17,002 nucleotides of DNA from NCBI GenBank assembly GCA_965218435.1, contig CBDCKW010000004.1:1-17002 (forward strand), read 5' to 3'. Below, piece by piece: positions 7,710-16,085 of this stretch (positions within the stretch are counted from its first letter, which is position 1; each line of letters opens with the position of its first letter). The stretch comes from Truepera sp. (lineage in GTDB: Bacteria > Deinococcota > Deinococci > Deinococcales > Trueperaceae). The notes beneath the pieces are model-generated. The model was not told the DNA's origin. It did not search any database and was given only the letters and a program-made list of their open reading frames with translations. The position numbers and the translations under genes were made by a program.

Positions 7710-7870
7710 GGCGTCTCCTTCAGGGTGAGCCCGTGGGCGATCAGAAACGGCAGGCGGTAGTCTTTACCGTCTGTAGCCTTCACGGTGACAGCGCCGTTGT
7801 AAAGCCTGTTCTCGGTAGCGACGATGGTGCCGAACGCCGTAAGCGCGCCGAGGTATTTCTGCGTTCTCAA
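7622..7870 (-). CDS. Small hypothetical protein; C-terminal ~30 aa overlap the next gene
   Basis: GGGAGG then TTG at 7870; protein-like up to ...LTLKETP, low-complexity afterwards. Confidence 0.5.
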   Translation of the reverse strand: MRTQKYLGALTAFGTIVATENRLYNGAVTVKATDGKDYRLPFLIAHGLTLKETPCPQLPNPSSSPCAPDLKYPGDDSTTTCS

Positions 7871-7890
7871 AACCAACCTCCCAAAAGAAG

Positions 7891-7921
7891 ACCGGTCGGC
7901 GGGGGGAAACTACCGACCGGT
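7891..7921 (-). terminator. Intrinsic terminator/attenuator-like hairpin
   Basis: ACCGGTCGG...CCGACCGGT stem, followed on the minus strand by CTTCTTTT and then an RBS. Confidence 0.55.
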
Positions 7922-7974
7922 TGAGGCTGGGCTGCACGCTTCGGCGGGCCTTCCTTAAGGTTCTGAGAACCCGG

Positions 7975-8413
7975 CTAACGCGCTCCGGCTTCAGCGTCCC
8001 CCAGTAGGTCATAACACTCGCTCAGCTCACGGTTCAGGCTCTGGTTGTCGAGCTCGAGCTGTATGGCTTGCTCAAAGTAGCGTTCGGCGTTCTCTTTGAT
8101 GACCATACTTACCGTATCGGCGACGATGTGCGAATCGACCAGCCAGCCCTCTTGAGGTAGCGTGGCAATGAGCTTTGCCTTGAACGCCTGATAAAGCGCC
8201 AGCGCCTTGACGTCGGCGAGCTGGCGACTGTTACCCACGGCACCGAAGTGGTGACAGAGGACTGCGAGCGCGAGCTGCGCGGGACCGGAACCCAGATACC
8301 CCCACTCGCAGCCGTCGAGGAATGGTTTTTGAGGTCGTTGCGGGGTGGCAGGGGTCGCCGTCTACGCTTACCTCGGCGTTGCCGTTCTCTCTTGTACCGC
8401 TATAAGTCGCCAT
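7975..8413 (-). pseudogene. DUF6166-like gene with two single-base frameshifts
   Basis: Stitching three frames gives MATYSGTR...VDG / PLPPRNDLKNHS / DGCEWGYLGSGPAQLALAVL...ALALYQAFKAKLIATLP.EGW, which matches the NHSPxGFEWGYxGSGPAQLALA motif. Breaks fall near 8351-8356 and 8317-8322. Confidence 0.8.
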
Positions 8414-8431
8414 GTCAATCCTTTCCGTTGT

Positions 8432-8716
8432 CTACGCCGCCCCGAGGTATAAGGCGAGAAGATAGATATCGATCTTTTCGTCGGTGCAGCTGCACGCGTG
8501 GACGTTCTCGGCGCAGATGAGACAAAAGCTCTCGTCTACCTCGCCATCGCCCTTGCAGCAGGGACAGGTGTAGCTCTGCTCGTCGGGGAACTACTGCTCC
8601 TGGTAGAAATCGAAGAAGCCCCCCGCGGTTCCCGCACAGACCTCCCCGGCTCCTTTACAAAGGAAGCAGGTAACGGTACGCGTCTCGGTAGCGTGGTCGC
8701 TTTGGATGGTGGTCAC
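8432..8716 (-). pseudogene. Cys-rich zinc-finger protein (CxxCxGxG repeats) with internal TAG
   Basis: AAAGGAG then GTG at 8716; MTTIQ...CFLCKGAGEV...YQEQ*FPDEQSYTCPCCKGDGEVDESFCLICAENVHACSC...GAA*. The in-frame TAG is at 8591-8593. Confidence 0.75.
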
Positions 8717-8717
8717 A

Positions 8718-8897
8718 TTAGTCTCCTTTCAGATGGGCTACGACGTCGCGCCAGCGCCCTACAGCGTCTTTCAGGTCATCCCGGTGGGCCTGCTCAAGGT
8801 CTACGCTGCCCAGGGGCTCAAGCTGACATTGCGCCAGCTCGATGATGTCGAGCGTGTTGGAGCGAAACGACTTGCAAAGGTAGCGAGTTTTGGGCAT
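8718..8897 (-). CDS. Small hypothetical protein, 59 aa (not in the ORF track)
   Basis: GGAGG 6 nt before ATG 8897; MPKTRYLCKSF...WRDVVAHLKGD*; the stop is one base from the next GTG. Confidence 0.6.
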   Translation of the reverse strand: MPKTRYLCKSFRSNTLDIIELAQCQLEPLGSVDLEQAHRDDLKDAVGRWRDVVAHLKGD

Positions 8898-8922
8898 GAC
8901 CGACCTCCGGGGAACAGGAAAA

Positions 8923-8942
8923 CGCCCCCGGTTTTGGGGGCG
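8923..8942 (-). terminator. Intrinsic terminator-like hairpin immediately before an RBS
   Basis: Minus strand reads CGCCCCC-AAAACC-GGGGGCG-TTTTCCTGTT. Confidence 0.6.
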
Positions 8943-9044
8943 CTTGGATTGCTAAACTGGATTTGTGGGTTTTGCAGCTCTACCTGCGCGACGCTAAAGT
9001 TCGGTGGGTCGGGGCAAAGCTGGGTTCAACGTCTGTCTGGTCAC

Positions 9045-9449
9045 TTACTCGAGTCTGGAGCGCTTCTCAAACGGCTTGTTCATCATCAAGGTGACGATCC
9101 CGATACCGATAAGCCACGCGGTAGCGGTGATCAGCAAGACCTCTGAGATATCTTGAAAAGGCTGTCCGCTGGTCGCACATAGCTGACTAGGGTGAAAAGT
9201 GCTCTGGAGCCAGCGGGCGAAGCCAAAAATCACCACGAAAGCGATTTTAAGTGTGGGGTCCTGTACGGCGGCTCGAGGGCTTACCTGAGCGGCGAGAAGG
9301 AAATGGACCAAGCCCAAGAAAAAAACGATGGGCATCCCGTAGAAAGCTACGTCGTAAGCGACGCAGCGCGCTGCTACGATTGACGGTGAGGCCGAAGCAC
9401 TGGCCGCGGAACTGAGGATGAAAAAGGTACCGGTCAGGGGTAGTTTCAT
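9045..9449 (-). CDS. Hypothetical membrane protein, 134 aa
   Basis: GAGG upstream of ATG; signal-like N-terminus plus three hydrophobic segments. Confidence 0.6.
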   Translation of the reverse strand: MKLPLTGTFFILSSAASASASPSIVAARCVAYDVAFYGMPIVFFLGLVHFLLAAQVSPRAAVQDPTLKIAFVVIFGFARWLQSTFHPSQLCATSGQPFQDISEVLLITATAWLIGIGIVTLMMNKPFEKRSRLE

Positions 9450-9587
9450 AAATCGCCTCGCTGGTTCGCTCGAGTGAAGGTATGTGTCGGACAGTGAGGT
9501 ACTTGACGCCGAAGATTGCTGTCGCAGTTCCCAGGTATCTTGAACGCCTTGGTTTCAGTTTAATGGTCTCCGAAAACCTTTGTGCGG

Positions 9588-10040
9588 TTAAGGTTTGGCG
9601 TACTCCCACACGGTTACGGTGTCGGGTAGGGGCTCGAGGATAGGTAGCGCCAGCTCGCGTGGCAACCTTCCGAAACGGACCCCTGGCGTGTTGAAATGCA
9701 CGCGGGCGGCAGGGTGGTCGCTACACCACTTAAGCAGATGTTTGGTGGAGGACTCGATCAGCGCGGGGCTCGCGCTCTCTTTTCACTCGCCTTTGGTCTG
9801 AAACGCGCCGAGTTTGGCCTCGGGCCAGTGCGAAGAGACGAGCAGGCCGTAGGGTATTCCTGTTGGCAGGGCTGCTTGGCCGAGCGCCGCGTCAAGACCT
9901 GGGAAGCGGTCGCGGGCCTGTTTAGCGATGCCCGCTCCCATGACGAGCTTGCCGTCTTTGGTAACGACGTGGCTAGTCGTGACGAGAAAAAGGTCGACCT
10001 GGTCAAAGGCCGACCACATATCACCCTGGGCGAGCCGCAT
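9588..10040 (-). pseudogene. Macrodomain (TARG1/DarG-like ADP-ribose hydrolase fold) with internal TGA
   Basis: GGAGG then ATG 10040; GDMW...VTTS...LVMGAGIAKQARDRFPGL...AFQTKGE*KESASPALIESS...VHFNTPGVRFGRL...PILEPLPDTVTVWEY. The frame stays open 64 codons past the TGA at 9783-9785, which sits at the FxTKxxW tryptophan position. Confidence 0.8.
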
Positions 10041-10062
10041 CAACACCTCCGTCACCTAATAT

Positions 10063-10075
10063 GCACCGGAGGTGC
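10063..10075. repeat. Leader hairpin upstream of RBS (family copy 4, short)
   Basis: GCACC-GGA-GGTGC, about 12 nt from the GGAGG of the macrodomain gene. Confidence 0.5.
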
Positions 10076-10155
10076 GTTCCTAGTTCATAAAGTGTCAAGC
10101 ACCCCACGTGGGGTAAAGAGTGACTTCATAACGCGTGTCGAGACGTCGAAGCTCC

Positions 10156-10611
10156 TCAGCGCTTTAACGATGAGAAAAAGGTTTCAGGCACGATCTCGAA
10201 GCACTGGACCTGAAAACATGCTTCTGGAAGTCTATGTCCCTTAAAGCGCTTTATCAGGCCCTGCTCGCCGACCTTGACCCGCTCGGGACCTGCTCGTATC
10301 CGAACGACGGTATTCCCCAGGCGAACCTCGCTCAGTAGTCCCCCAAGCATCTCGACGCTTGTCACGCTACGAACCTGCGCTCGGTAAGATGAGGTTGGCT
10401 GGTAGAGCGATGGTCCCATCTCGAAAAGAAAAAAGAGCGAGAGGCTGATCCCTAGTGTAGCTATGGACAAGTTGAGGAACTCAAGTATCTTGAAATCACC
10501 TGATGCTGCGGCGTTCATCTGGTGCAGCGCGATGATGCCGAATACCATGCTGCCGACGATTCCCAAGACGGGAACGGCTGTTATCAGCGAATTCCAAAGG
10601 TTAGTGTCCAT
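10156..10611 (-). CDS. Hypothetical membrane protein, 151 aa
   Basis: AAGGAG RBS; two N-terminal hydrophobic helices and a soluble beta-rich C-domain with a Cys pair. Confidence 0.7.
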   Translation of the reverse strand: MDTNLWNSLITAVPVLGIVGSMVFGIIALHQMNAAASGDFKILEFLNLSIATLGISLSLFFLFEMGPSLYQPTSSYRAQVRSVTSVEMLGGLLSEVRLGNTVVRIRAGPERVKVGEQGLIKRFKGHRLPEACFQVQCFEIVPETFFSSLKR

Positions 10612-10709
10612 CGTATCTCCTTACCTATAGCAACGAGAGAAAGGTTATTCTCGTCAACGCGATCATAGAAGTGCCGCAGGTGAGCGTGAAGAACAAGGTC
10701 GAGCATGAA

Positions 10710-10750
10710 ACAGCCCCACGCTACTTTTGCGATGAGAAGCGCGGGGCTGT
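10710..10750 (-). terminator. Long hairpin downstream of the GGDEF gene, probable terminator
   Basis: Minus strand ACAGCCCCGCGCT...AGCGTGGGGCTGT followed by only a short T run. Confidence 0.5.
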
Positions 10751-10807
10751 CCCCCGGCGGGGCGTTTAGTTTAGCAGGGGTCTGTCGCTAGGTGGTGAGG
10801 TGTGTCT

Positions 10808-12601
10808 TTACGTGTCACGGGCTTCAGTAGCGACCTGGTTTTTACCTTGACGCTTCGCTCGATAAAGCCGTGCGTCTGCGACTGCCAGCATCGCCTCGGC
10901 GCTGGCGACCGTGATGTCGTCGGTCAACCCTACGCTCACTGTGACCTGTAAAGCTGGGTAGAGCTGGTACCAGGGGTACGCCTCGATGTCGCGGCGCACC
11001 CGCTCGCAGATGGCCTGCGCTTCCGGCCCGCGGGTTTCCGGCAAGATAAGTGCAAACTCTTCCCCACCGATGCGCGCCACCACGTCACCGTCTCGCAAGC
11101 TGGCGGTGAGAAGCGTTGCCATCGTCCTTAGCACCACGTCCCCCGCGGTGTGCGAGAAACGGTCGTTGATCCCTTTGAAGTCGTCGAGGTCACAGAGGGC
11201 GACGCTCAAGGGTCTTTGGGAACGGTTGGCTCGCCTAAACTCTTGAACGAGTCTGGCGTCGAAGTACCGACGGTTGGCGAGGCTGGTGAGCGGGTCCTCG
11301 TTGGCTTGCTGCTCGAGCTGTACCAGCAGCGCCGACTTCTCCCGGTCGGCGGCGCGTAGCGAGGTGGTGAGTCGCTCGAGGTCGCGGTTCGCCGCGGCGA
11401 GCTCGTCGTTTTTAAGCGTGAGGAGTTTTCGTTCACGTTCAGCCTGTTCGATATCGAAGCGAGTGCGTAAGGCGTGGAGTTTCTGACTCGACACCTCACC
11501 GAGCAAGCTATCTCTAAGGGTGTGAAAGGTCTCATGGTGGCTTAAAGCTTCACGGAAATGTCCACCTTGCTTGTACGCTTCTGCAAGCGCCTGATGCGCC
11601 TTGTAAGCCATCTCTTGGCTGCCAATTTCCTCGGCAGTTTCACGCGCCTGTTGCAGGTAGGTCAGGGCTTGTTCAAGCTGGCCTTCTCGGGTGAACAACG
11701 TACCCAGGAGAAGGCAGGTCTCGGCCTGACCTTTGTGGTTGCCTACCCCCTCTTTGAGCACCAAACTCCGCTCGAGCCGCCGCTTCGCTTCGGCAACTTC
11801 GCCTAGAGCCAGATAGACCGACCCGAGATCGTCCAACGAATCGCCCATGCCTCGGTGGTCGCCGGTCGCTTCCCGAATATCCAGGCTCTGCTGCAGATAA
11901 CCTAGCGCCTGTGGGTAGTCGCCGAGCTTCTCGTACGCAAGACCGATGTTGTCGAGCACCAGAGCGTGGAGTTGGTGGTCGCCGACGTGCTTGAGGCTCA
12001 GGGCTTTGAGATAGTGGGTCAGCGCCTCACCGAACTGACCCAAGCGGTAATGCAGATAGCCGACGTTGTTGAGCGTTATCTTTTCGCCCAGCGGGTTGTC
12101 GCCTTCCTTGGTGATACGCCAGCTACGCAGGTGGAGGTCGAGCGAGGCTGTGTAGTCGCCGAGATGGTCGTAGACGACGCCCAGGTTACTGAGCGCGATC
12201 GCCTCGCGCTTGTCACCCCGCCCTTGACACAGCCCGTGTGAAGCGAGAAAGTGCTTTAAGGCTGCGGGATAGTGCCCACGGTCCACCTCGATGATACCGA
12301 AGGTAGACAAGACCGCTTCTGCTCCCGCTTCGTCCTCCGACGCCTCGTACAAGGCGAGCGCCGCAGTTGCGTCCTTAAGCGCAGCCTCGGGGTCGCAAAG
12401 TCGCAGCTGGCAGCGGCTTCTGATGTTGAGGCTCCTTGCCACACCGCGCTGGTAGCTCGAACTCTCGGCGAGCGCAAGCGCCTCTTCACAGAGAGCTAAT
12501 GCGCCTGCACTGTCCGAGCGCCACTGTGCCCAAGCGCGGTCGTTGAGCACGTCGACTCTGGCTCGGGCAGTTTGCTGGAAGGTGGGCTGAGGTTCCGGCA
12601 T
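10808..12601 (-). CDS. TPR-repeat diguanylate cyclase (GGDEF)
   Basis: Multiple TPRs (ALSNLGVVY, TLNNVGYLH, LDNIGLAY), a coiled coil, DPLTSLANRR, DLDDFKGIND, an RDGD I-site and a GGEEF active site. Confidence 0.96.
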   Translation of the reverse strand: MPEPQPTFQQTARARVDVLNDRAWAQWRSDSAGALALCEEALALAESSSYQRGVARSLNIRSRCQLRLCDPEAALKDATAALALYEASEDEAGAEAVLSTFGIIEVDRGHYPAALKHFLASHGLCQGRGDKREAIALSNLGVVYDHLGDYTASLDLHLRSWRITKEGDNPLGEKITLNNVGYLHYRLGQFGEALTHYLKALSLKHVGDHQLHALVLDNIGLAYEKLGDYPQALGYLQQSLDIREATGDHRGMGDSLDDLGSVYLALGEVAEAKRRLERSLVLKEGVGNHKGQAETCLLLGTLFTREGQLEQALTYLQQARETAEEIGSQEMAYKAHQALAEAYKQGGHFREALSHHETFHTLRDSLLGEVSSQKLHALRTRFDIEQAERERKLLTLKNDELAAANRDLERLTTSLRAADREKSALLVQLEQQANEDPLTSLANRRYFDARLVQEFRRANRSQRPLSVALCDLDDFKGINDRFSHTAGDVVLRTMATLLTASLRDGDVVARIGGEEFALILPETRGPEAQAICERVRRDIEAYPWYQLYPALQVTVSVGLTDDITVASAEAMLAVADARLYRAKRQGKNQVATEARDT

Positions 12602-12816
12602 GGTAGGCGTGGTTTCTTGCAGAGGGTCTCACGTAACTTTAAGCTAAAGACCTAAAACGATGCTTAAGCGCATGATCCCAGCCTAGCCGAGCAGGGTCCA
12701 GGGGGGTCATGCGACATTACACTATGTAGCGTAAAATAGCCTTTGGGGTGTGTTGAGGTGATGAATTCGTTCACCTCTACAGGCGAACCTTTTTCTTCGT
12801 GAAGTGGGTCAACAGG

Positions 12817-13131
12817 TCAGTGGCGTATACCCTCATGCTTCTCCTCCTCATAAAGCCGCTCGCGGCGGGCCTTGGTCTCGAGCTCGTTCAGATGGCTTCG
12901 CAGCTCGACCACAGTATCCGGTGCGTCGAGGTCGTCGTCGTCGAGACGCAGATGGTATAGAGAACCACCCTGATGCTCAGGCGCGTACAGATCGGGGTCG
13001 GACGTAAGCGCATTAAAGGTGTCGCGGCAAACACGTAGCGAGCTAAGTAAAGCCTCATCGACCGCTAGAACGACCGCACCGTATTGACGGTCGGGGGCGT
13101 TGGAAAAACACGGAATCAGAAGCTGCTTTAT
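12817..13131 (-). pseudogene. 104-codon ORF with ATA in place of a start codon
   Basis: AAAGGGAG, then ATA overlapping the upstream TAA (ATAA, mirroring the ATGA couplings elsewhere). Open frame IKQLLIPCFSNAPD...EEEKHEGIRH*. Confidence 0.6.
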
Positions 13132-13421
13132 AGCTCTCCCTTTTCGTCATCATGCCAGGGACGGTGAACCGGGTCATAAAGCACCAGGCGCGTCCCCTCG
13201 GTTTCGTGGTGAAGGTTGTCTTCGGTGTCGATGTCGGCGACGAGCTGGCCCTCGACCCAGTGGATGCGGACGCCGCCGAGAAACTGGTTGTCGGGACCGA
13301 ACTCGAGTTCGTAGACGTTCATGTAGAGCCCGTCGCCGTGCAGTTCGGCCTGGGCCATCACGTCGGTGCCCAGGCCGTCGTCGGGTTGCTCGAGCTCCCA
13401 GCGAACGTAAATCTTTGCCAT
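13128..13421 (-). CDS. Acidic hypothetical protein, 97 aa
   Basis: AGGAGG 5 nt before ATG; beta-rich acidic sequence. Confidence 0.75.
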   Translation of the reverse strand: MAKIYVRWELEQPDDGLGTDVMAQAELHGDGLYMNVYELEFGPDNQFLGGVRIHWVEGQLVADIDTEDNLHHETEGTRLVLYDPVHRPWHDDEKGEL

Positions 13422-13443
13422 ACTTTCCTCCTGCCACAGAGAT

Positions 13444-13464
13444 GCACGTCCCGACAGGGCGTGC
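13444..13464. repeat. Leader hairpin upstream of RBS (family copy 5)
   Basis: GCACGTCC-CGACA-GGGCGTGC, about 11 nt from AGGAGG. Confidence 0.65.
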
Positions 13465-13766
13465 TGGCCTTCTACAACTGCGTATAGGAATGGTGGGGCG
13501 GTGAGACGTGGGAGCGACCACTGACCCAGCCAAAAAGACCAGGGGAAAGAAGGGTCTGGGGTGTGCCCGCTTCAGGTGCGATCAGTCCATCGCCTGACCT
13601 ATAAGCCTTCCTTCCAACCGTGCTTCTGCCTGTTCTAAAACGTCGTGTGCGACCCGGTTGGGGCTGTAGCCAGGGTCTTGCTCACTACGCGAGACTGGAT
13701 CAGTTCGAGCGCCTGTTCTAAGCTCCGAACACGTCTTCTACCATTAGGGCAGTACAAAGGGAGCTG

Positions 13767-15974
13767 CTAAGCCGCCCCCATCAGCTCCGGAAACAGCAGC
13801 CCCACCCCAGCGGAGACCGCTTTGCGCCTGCCTTTCGTCCCCAGCAGCACCGGTGCGTCGGTAAAGGTCACGGTAGCCACGGGCTGAGCCGTGTCCGGCT
13901 TGCGAACGTCGCCCTGGGTGCAGGTAACAGGCGCAGCTTGCGCGCCGAACAGGTCGTCCAAAACGTCCTTCACACTTGGTTCCAGAGGCGGCAGCTCGCT
14001 GATGAAGTCGTCTTCGTGGCCGTGGGCACTGTTCAGGTCGGCAATGGGGCGGTCGTCGTCCCCGGCGATGAGGCTCTTGGCTAGGCTGAGCATCAGGTCG
14101 TCCTCGGCGATAGCCACCAGACCACCCTCGACCAGTTCACCCTCGAGTGCCAGACTCGCCTGGGCTTTTTTAGCGACAAGTCCCAACGCCTGCGTCTGAA
14201 TCGTCTCCTCATAGGCTAAGTGGACGACCTTAACGGGCTGGTCTTGCCCGATGCGCCACGAGCGGCGGGAAGCTTGCCGCAACGTATACACCGAATACTC
14301 GGTCTGGTAGAAGACAAGCGTCGGGAAGGCGATGAGGTCTAAGCCGGTCTGCACGATGCGGGGGTGGCAGATGAGCACGTCCACGCCCGCGTCCACCTGC
14401 CGCTGCACCCACGCCTCGCGCTTCTTGGCCTGCACGGTATGGCTTTTCAGCACAGCGGCCTTGAGCCCCTCGCGCTCGAGTAGTCCCGAGAGCCGCCGGG
14501 TGATGTCGCGTCGGTCGGTGCCCTGCACGAACACCATCAGCCTTCGGCCCCGGCGCTTCTCCTCCCTGGCAATGTCGATGAGGCGCTGCTCTTTTGGGTA
14601 GATAATGCTGTCATCGAGTGCCTCGGCAGCGGCTACCAGGTAGGGCGTTCCCGCCTTGTCGGTCGTGAACACTGCTTCCTCACGCCAGGGCGTGTCGGGA
14701 TGGTGCAGCAAACTCTGAAGGTACGCTCCTAACAGCTTCTTGCTGCCGCACGCGAGCTGCGCTTGCACCTCAGCAGCCAGCTCCGCCTTGAAGGCCCGGT
14801 GTACCTCCCGCTGCTCGCCTGACATGCGGAGAATCTCGATCTCTTCAAAGTACGGCGGCAGCGCCGCGGCCACGTCGGTGAGCCTGAGAAAGACAGTGTT
14901 CCACAGCAGGTGCGGTAGCAAGGCCGGGGACAGACCGGGGCGCTCCCGTACCGTGGTGGTCTTTCTGCGCTTGCTGACCCGTCCGTCCTCGCTGCTGTCG
15001 GCCTCGCGGGTGGTGCGCTCGAGTACGCCAAAGTGCTCGACGAAGCGCCCCTCTTCTTTGTAGCCGTAGTGCTCGCGGATAGCCGGGGAGAAGCGCTGCA
15101 ACAGGTAGTGCAGGTTTGATGCGTAGCCGCCGAAGAGCGTGCCCGTCAGCCCCAGCGTCCTCGGTATGGCCGCGGCGAGCGCACCGGCGGCGATACCCTG
15201 CGCCGAGCCCCCGGACTTCATCTCGTGCATTTCGTCGATGACGAACAGCTCGAAAAACCCCGGCAGCCGCTTGGCGATGTAGTGGCCTAATGCAAACCGT
15301 CTCGGAACGGGCTCGGCCTGCCAGAGGTGCTCGTCACACCAGGGGCAGGTATGTTTCTTCCTCGCCAGCTTTTCATGAGTAAGCAGACCCTCGTCGGTCT
15401 CGAGCACGCCCCCGCAGCTCGGGCAGGTGGGACGGACGAAGGTCGAGGCGTGTCCGAGATCGTCCTTGAGCAGCACCTTCTTGGGGACGTAGGCGGGTTT
15501 CCAGCCGTGACCGAGCTTGGCCTTTTCACGAGAGAGGATGACAAATAGCGGTCCTGTGCCCACATCCCAGCGGAGCGCCTCGACCTGGCTGACGGACTCG
15601 ATAATGCGTGTCCTGACGCTGGGGACGGTCTCGTGTACCTCACGCGCCCACTTCTCGACCAGGTGCGGCGGGCACATGACGAGCGTGCGCTGCATCCCGG
15701 CCTTATAGGCGCTGGCGATGCTACAAAAGCTCTTGCCGGTGCCCATCTCACCGACTAGCATGGTGTTACGGTGCTCGCGCAGGGAGAGGGCGACGGCGGT
15801 GATGGCCTCGGCTTGTCGTCCGAGCGGCTGGCGTAACAGACCCGGCGTGGGCTCGGCCCGGGTGACGAGCGGGGGGTAAGCTCTGGTGACGGCCTCGGTG
15901 ATGCCTGTTTTGTGGGTCTCGAGAAACTCGCCTAAAGGCATGGTCGAGTCGATCAGGGTAGGAGTGAGGGTCAT
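13767..15974 (-). CDS. SF2 (DEAD/SNF2-like) helicase of the type that accompanies DUF6094 in ICEs/plasmids
   Basis: Walker A GEMGTGKS, DEMH, LTGT, a CxxC...CxxC insert, QTGLDL and LRQASRRSWRIGQ. Confidence 0.92.
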   Translation of the reverse strand: MTLTPTLIDSTMPLGEFLETHKTGITEAVTRAYPPLVTRAEPTPGLLRQPLGRQAEAITAVALSLREHRNTMLVGEMGTGKSFCSIASAYKAGMQRTLVMCPPHLVEKWAREVHETVPSVRTRIIESVSQVEALRWDVGTGPLFVILSREKAKLGHGWKPAYVPKKVLLKDDLGHASTFVRPTCPSCGGVLETDEGLLTHEKLARKKHTCPWCDEHLWQAEPVPRRFALGHYIAKRLPGFFELFVIDEMHEMKSGGSAQGIAAGALAAAIPRTLGLTGTLFGGYASNLHYLLQRFSPAIREHYGYKEEGRFVEHFGVLERTTREADSSEDGRVSKRRKTTTVRERPGLSPALLPHLLWNTVFLRLTDVAAALPPYFEEIEILRMSGEQREVHRAFKAELAAEVQAQLACGSKKLLGAYLQSLLHHPDTPWREEAVFTTDKAGTPYLVAAAEALDDSIIYPKEQRLIDIAREEKRRGRRLMVFVQGTDRRDITRRLSGLLEREGLKAAVLKSHTVQAKKREAWVQRQVDAGVDVLICHPRIVQTGLDLIAFPTLVFYQTEYSVYTLRQASRRSWRIGQDQPVKVVHLAYEETIQTQALGLVAKKAQASLALEGELVEGGLVAIAEDDLMLSLAKSLIAGDDDRPIADLNSAHGHEDDFISELPPLEPSVKDVLDDLFGAQAAPVTCTQGDVRKPDTAQPVATVTFTDAPVLLGTKGRRKAVSAGVGLLFPELMGAA

Positions 15975-16085
15975 AAGCGCCCCTTTCTCCCACCTGGTTG
16001 CAGCCTCGGGCTGCGCTTCTTAAAGGTCTAGCGTTGCCTGGGCAGAGAAGCCCCAAGAGCGCCCCGTTCTTGAAGCCTGCCTCCT

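Noticed and set aside
8591..9785. Stop-codon reassignment or selenocysteine/pyrrolysine readthrough
   Set aside because: The two internal stops differ (TAG and TGA), and both codons terminate intact genes elsewhere in the window.
3475..13464. Hairpin family as CRISPR repeats or integron attC sites
   Set aside because: Spacing is irregular and gene-sized, there are no identical repeats or RYYYAAC/GTTRRRY boxes, and no cas or integrase gene is in the window.
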